Source: an uncultured Gammaproteobacteria bacterium
GTDB lineage: Bacteria > Pseudomonadota > Gammaproteobacteria > Xanthomonadales > SZUA-38
Direction: 5' to 3'
Assembly: GCA_964559945.1 (NCBI GenBank)
Contig: CAZLJY010000002.1
Location: 7,856 to 71,855 of the forward strand
DNA: 64,000 nt
The translations under genes were made by a program, and so were the position numbers. A model generated the notes under the pieces. That model worked only from the letters and a program-made list of their open reading frames with translations, was not told the DNA's origin and ran no database searches. Of this stretch, positions 61,880 through 64,000 are shown in pieces (position 1 is the first letter of the stretch; the number at the start of each line of letters is the position of its first letter).

Positions 61880-63124
61880 TTAGAACTTCCAGCTCCATAG
61901 AAGCTCAACCTCAACGCTGTCGCCTCTAAGATCCGTGGGTCGGGAAAATTGGGGGTTACCCAGATAGTATTCTGCCGGCGCGTAGCTGGCATTGAGATTT
62001 AGCGCGGTGTTTTTGCTGGGAGTGTGGGTTACACCAATCCTCATGCTGCGATCCGCAACGTCTCGGCTCAGGGCTCTGGCCAGAGTCGGTGAACTGGGTG
62101 CAGGTTGTTGGGAAGTACTGTAACTCACCTTCCAGGCCAGTTTGTCGCTGCTTCGCCAGTTCCAACCCAACTCGTAAACCGTGAGATCGTCCCAATCGAA
62201 CTCTGGACTGGCACTATCACCCAACAGGGATAGAAACCGATCCGGCAACAACGCGGTTGTGAACGTGCTGACGTCGCTGTATAGCACTCGCTGCACATCG
62301 AAGGTCAGCGCTGAACGGCGACCGGCGCGCACCAGCACGCTGAAGTTTGCGCTGGCTGGAATGTCGAAATCTCCGGGTTCAGCGTAAACCCCTCGATAAT
62401 TCTGGAATGCATCCATATCGATACGCGAGCGGAATGATGCTCCGACCACCACGCTATCAGACAGCTCACTATCGAACCCTAAACGAAGACCGGCGCCGCT
62501 AACCTGTTCACCCTGGCGGGGATCAATGGACTGCGTGAATGTTTGGGTATTGGCCAAAAAGTCATTGGCCGATTGGGCCGTGACTGCCCCAAAACCCGGC
62601 GTGGCATAACCCTGTTGAGCAAACACCACCGCCACATCCACGTTGCTCTCATTGCCCAGCGAGCGACGAAACCCTGAGGCAAGGATGGAACGCTCGAACT
62701 CGAAACCGCCAACCCGTTGGTCCAACAGTCGTTGAGGACCACCACGGGCAATCTGGGCCAGCGACAAACCTTGGCGAGAGGCAAATTGGAAGGTCAACGC
62801 AGTCGGTGGCGTGGGCAGCGCATCGGAAAATGTCGGCTTTAGAAGATCGGCATGGCGATTCACCAGACCAATTTCCACATCGACTGTGAAGCCGAGGTTA
62901 CGGGCGAAATCTGGCATCAGCGCCGAACGGGCATACTCCTGCCAATCCCTCAGGTTCATTCGCCCCAGCGCAACTGTGGTTAGCGGGGCACGGGCGCCCA
63001 TCAACCCCGGCAAAGCCTGAGCTGCCGATGACAAACCTAGCGCCAGCAAAATGACCGCCATAACTGCTGTCATTTTTACTGCCCGACGTCGACCGCCTGT
63101 TTGTGATGAGCCCCTTTGAAACAT
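61880..63124 (-). CDS. Outer-membrane transport protein of the FadL/TodX (OMPP1) family
   Basis: The signal peptide is MTAVMAVILLALGLSSAAQA. FDWDDLTVYELGWNWRSSDKLAWKVSYSTSQQPAP is a FadL-like strand pattern, and the terminal residues are LLWSWKF. The start is uncertain: 63124, 63073 or 63175. Confidence 0.65.
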   Translation of the reverse strand: MFQRGSSQTGGRRRAVKMTAVMAVILLALGLSSAAQALPGLMGARAPLTTVALGRMNLRDWQEYARSALMPDFARNLGFTVDVEIGLVNRHADLLKPTFSDALPTPPTALTFQFASRQGLSLAQIARGGPQRLLDQRVGGFEFERSILASGFRRSLGNESNVDVAVVFAQQGYATPGFGAVTAQSANDFLANTQTFTQSIDPRQGEQVSGAGLRLGFDSELSDSVVVGASFRSRIDMDAFQNYRGVYAEPGDFDIPASANFSVLVRAGRRSALTFDVQRVLYSDVSTFTTALLPDRFLSLLGDSASPEFDWDDLTVYELGWNWRSSDKLAWKVSYSTSQQPAPSSPTLARALSRDVADRSMRIGVTHTPSKNTALNLNASYAPAEYYLGNPQFSRPTDLRGDSVEVELLWSWKF

Positions 63125-63409
63125 GGAATTAGTGTGTTTTTCCCCTAACACATAAATTTTCGCTGATTTAGACACAGACTATGGCAAGAACACAACAGCC
63201 TGTCAATTGAACTACATCACGTTTCTGGCCTTATCCTGCAACGACTTACCGCCATTACGGCCGCCAAAGACTTGGCCATTTGTGGCTTGAAAACAACACA
63301 CACCCAGGGCTTTAGACACGCTACTCAACAGACTAATTTCCAGTTGCGCTGAGGGTCCCATGGCGACATGATACCGGCCCGTCAGGTAAACCGAGGAAGG
63401 AACCCGGCT

Positions 63410-64000
63410 GTGGCCTCGCGAAAAATCACTGCAATTTCATCATCGCGAGCCGATTTCGCCCATTTGATATGGCCTATGCGCGCTATGGCGAACGAACCTG
63501 GCCTGGATCCGGAAATCCTACTCTTCGGCGCTCACCTATCGCCGGAGTTCGGCCACACGGGCAACGCAGCGAGCCAAGCGGGTTTCAACGTCAGAGCTGA
63601 ACTTGAGTGCTTAGTGAGCTCTGACACGGATGTGGGTATGGCGAAGACGATCGGGCTGGCTACCCTGTCTTTAGCGGACGAGCTGAGCCGAAATCGCCCC
63701 GACCTAGTGCTACTGATTGCCGATCGTTACGAAATGCTGGCTGCCGCCAGCGTTGCCTTAGCCTTACGGTTACCCATAGCCCATATTGAGGGTGGTGAAA
63801 TCTCAGTAGGCGCCATCGATGATGCGGTGCGCAATGCCCTGACCAAGATGGCTCACTTACATCTAACACCCCATGATCAGGCTAGCCGCCGCGTGATGGC
63901 GATGGGTGAAGAGCCATGGCGGGTGACCACCGTGGGCGCCCCCTCTCTAGATGCTCTGAATCACACCAAGCTGATTGAACCAGAAGACTTGACTGCCCGT
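63410..64000 (+). CDS. UDP-N-acetylglucosamine 2-epimerase (hydrolysing, NeuC-like), N-terminal part; it continues beyond the window
   Basis: This frame is open to base 64000 and is not in the ORF track. It encodes RKITAISSSRADFAHLIWPMRAM...ILLFGAHLSPEFGHT...DLVLLIADRYEMLAAASVALALRLPIAHIEGGE. The start is GTG 63410 (after GGAAGG) or ATG 63368. Confidence 0.75.
   Translation, partial: MASRKITAISSSRADFAHLIWPMRAMANEPGLDPEILLFGAHLSPEFGHTGNAASQAGFNVRAELECLVSSDTDVGMAKTIGLATLSLADELSRNRPDLVLLIADRYEMLAAASVALALRLPIAHIEGGEISVGAIDDAVRNALTKMAHLHLTPHDQASRRVMAMGEEPWRVTTVGAPSLDALNHTKLIEPEDLTAR

Overview
This is a 64-kb stretch of a gammaproteobacterial chromosome. It carries one tRNA. I saw no rRNA, transposase, integrase, prophage gene or CRISPR array.

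**(i) 1-8.6 kb.** This part holds a 5'-truncated P-loop kinase, an OsmC-family gene, tRNA-Leu(CAG) and a repeat-rich peptidoglycan-binding lipoprotein. It also holds a tightly packed six-gene minus-strand operon (8587->3583). That operon encodes an OmpR-type response regulator, a coiled-coil protein, a 450-aa single-TM protein, a Ras/Rab-like small GTPase, a soluble hybrid histidine kinase and a stand-alone Hpt protein.

**(ii) 8.6-38.2 kb.** This part looks like an accessory surface-protein region.
- An outer-membrane beta-barrel gene is followed by a 3126-aa secreted protein. That protein has DUF11-type modules, a LamG-like domain, 10 SdrD-B-like repeats and a C-terminal gingipain-like C25 cysteine-peptidase domain.
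- Converging on it is a 4270-aa DUF11-repeat protein that ends in an IPTL-CTERM-like sorting signal.
- Downstream of that protein lies an overlapping PrnB-like (heme, TDO/IDO-fold) plus kynureninase-like gene pair.
- Upstream of it lies a translationally coupled Ser/Thr kinase plus ECF sigma pair.

**(iii) 38.2-64 kb.** This part is housekeeping genes in the E. coli order: purA, DUF2065, hflC, hflK, hflX, hfq, miaA, mutL, amiB, tsaE and nnr, with queG divergent. These are followed by pgi, panC, folK, pcnB, fdxA, bamC-like, dapA, bcp, a PIN-PhoH ATPase, an AI-2E transporter, a FadL-like porin and the start of a NeuC-like gene.

**Best candidates for undescribed biology.** The first is the small-GTPase/phosphorelay operon. 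The second is the giant-protein locus, with its C25 domain, orphan IPTL-type sorting signal, dedicated barrel, embedded PrnB/kynureninase pair and kinase-linked ECF sigma.

**Limits.** All family calls come from reading motifs in the supplied translations and from remembered family signatures. No database search, HMM scan or structure prediction was run. Several start codons were re-assigned by eye and remain uncertain.
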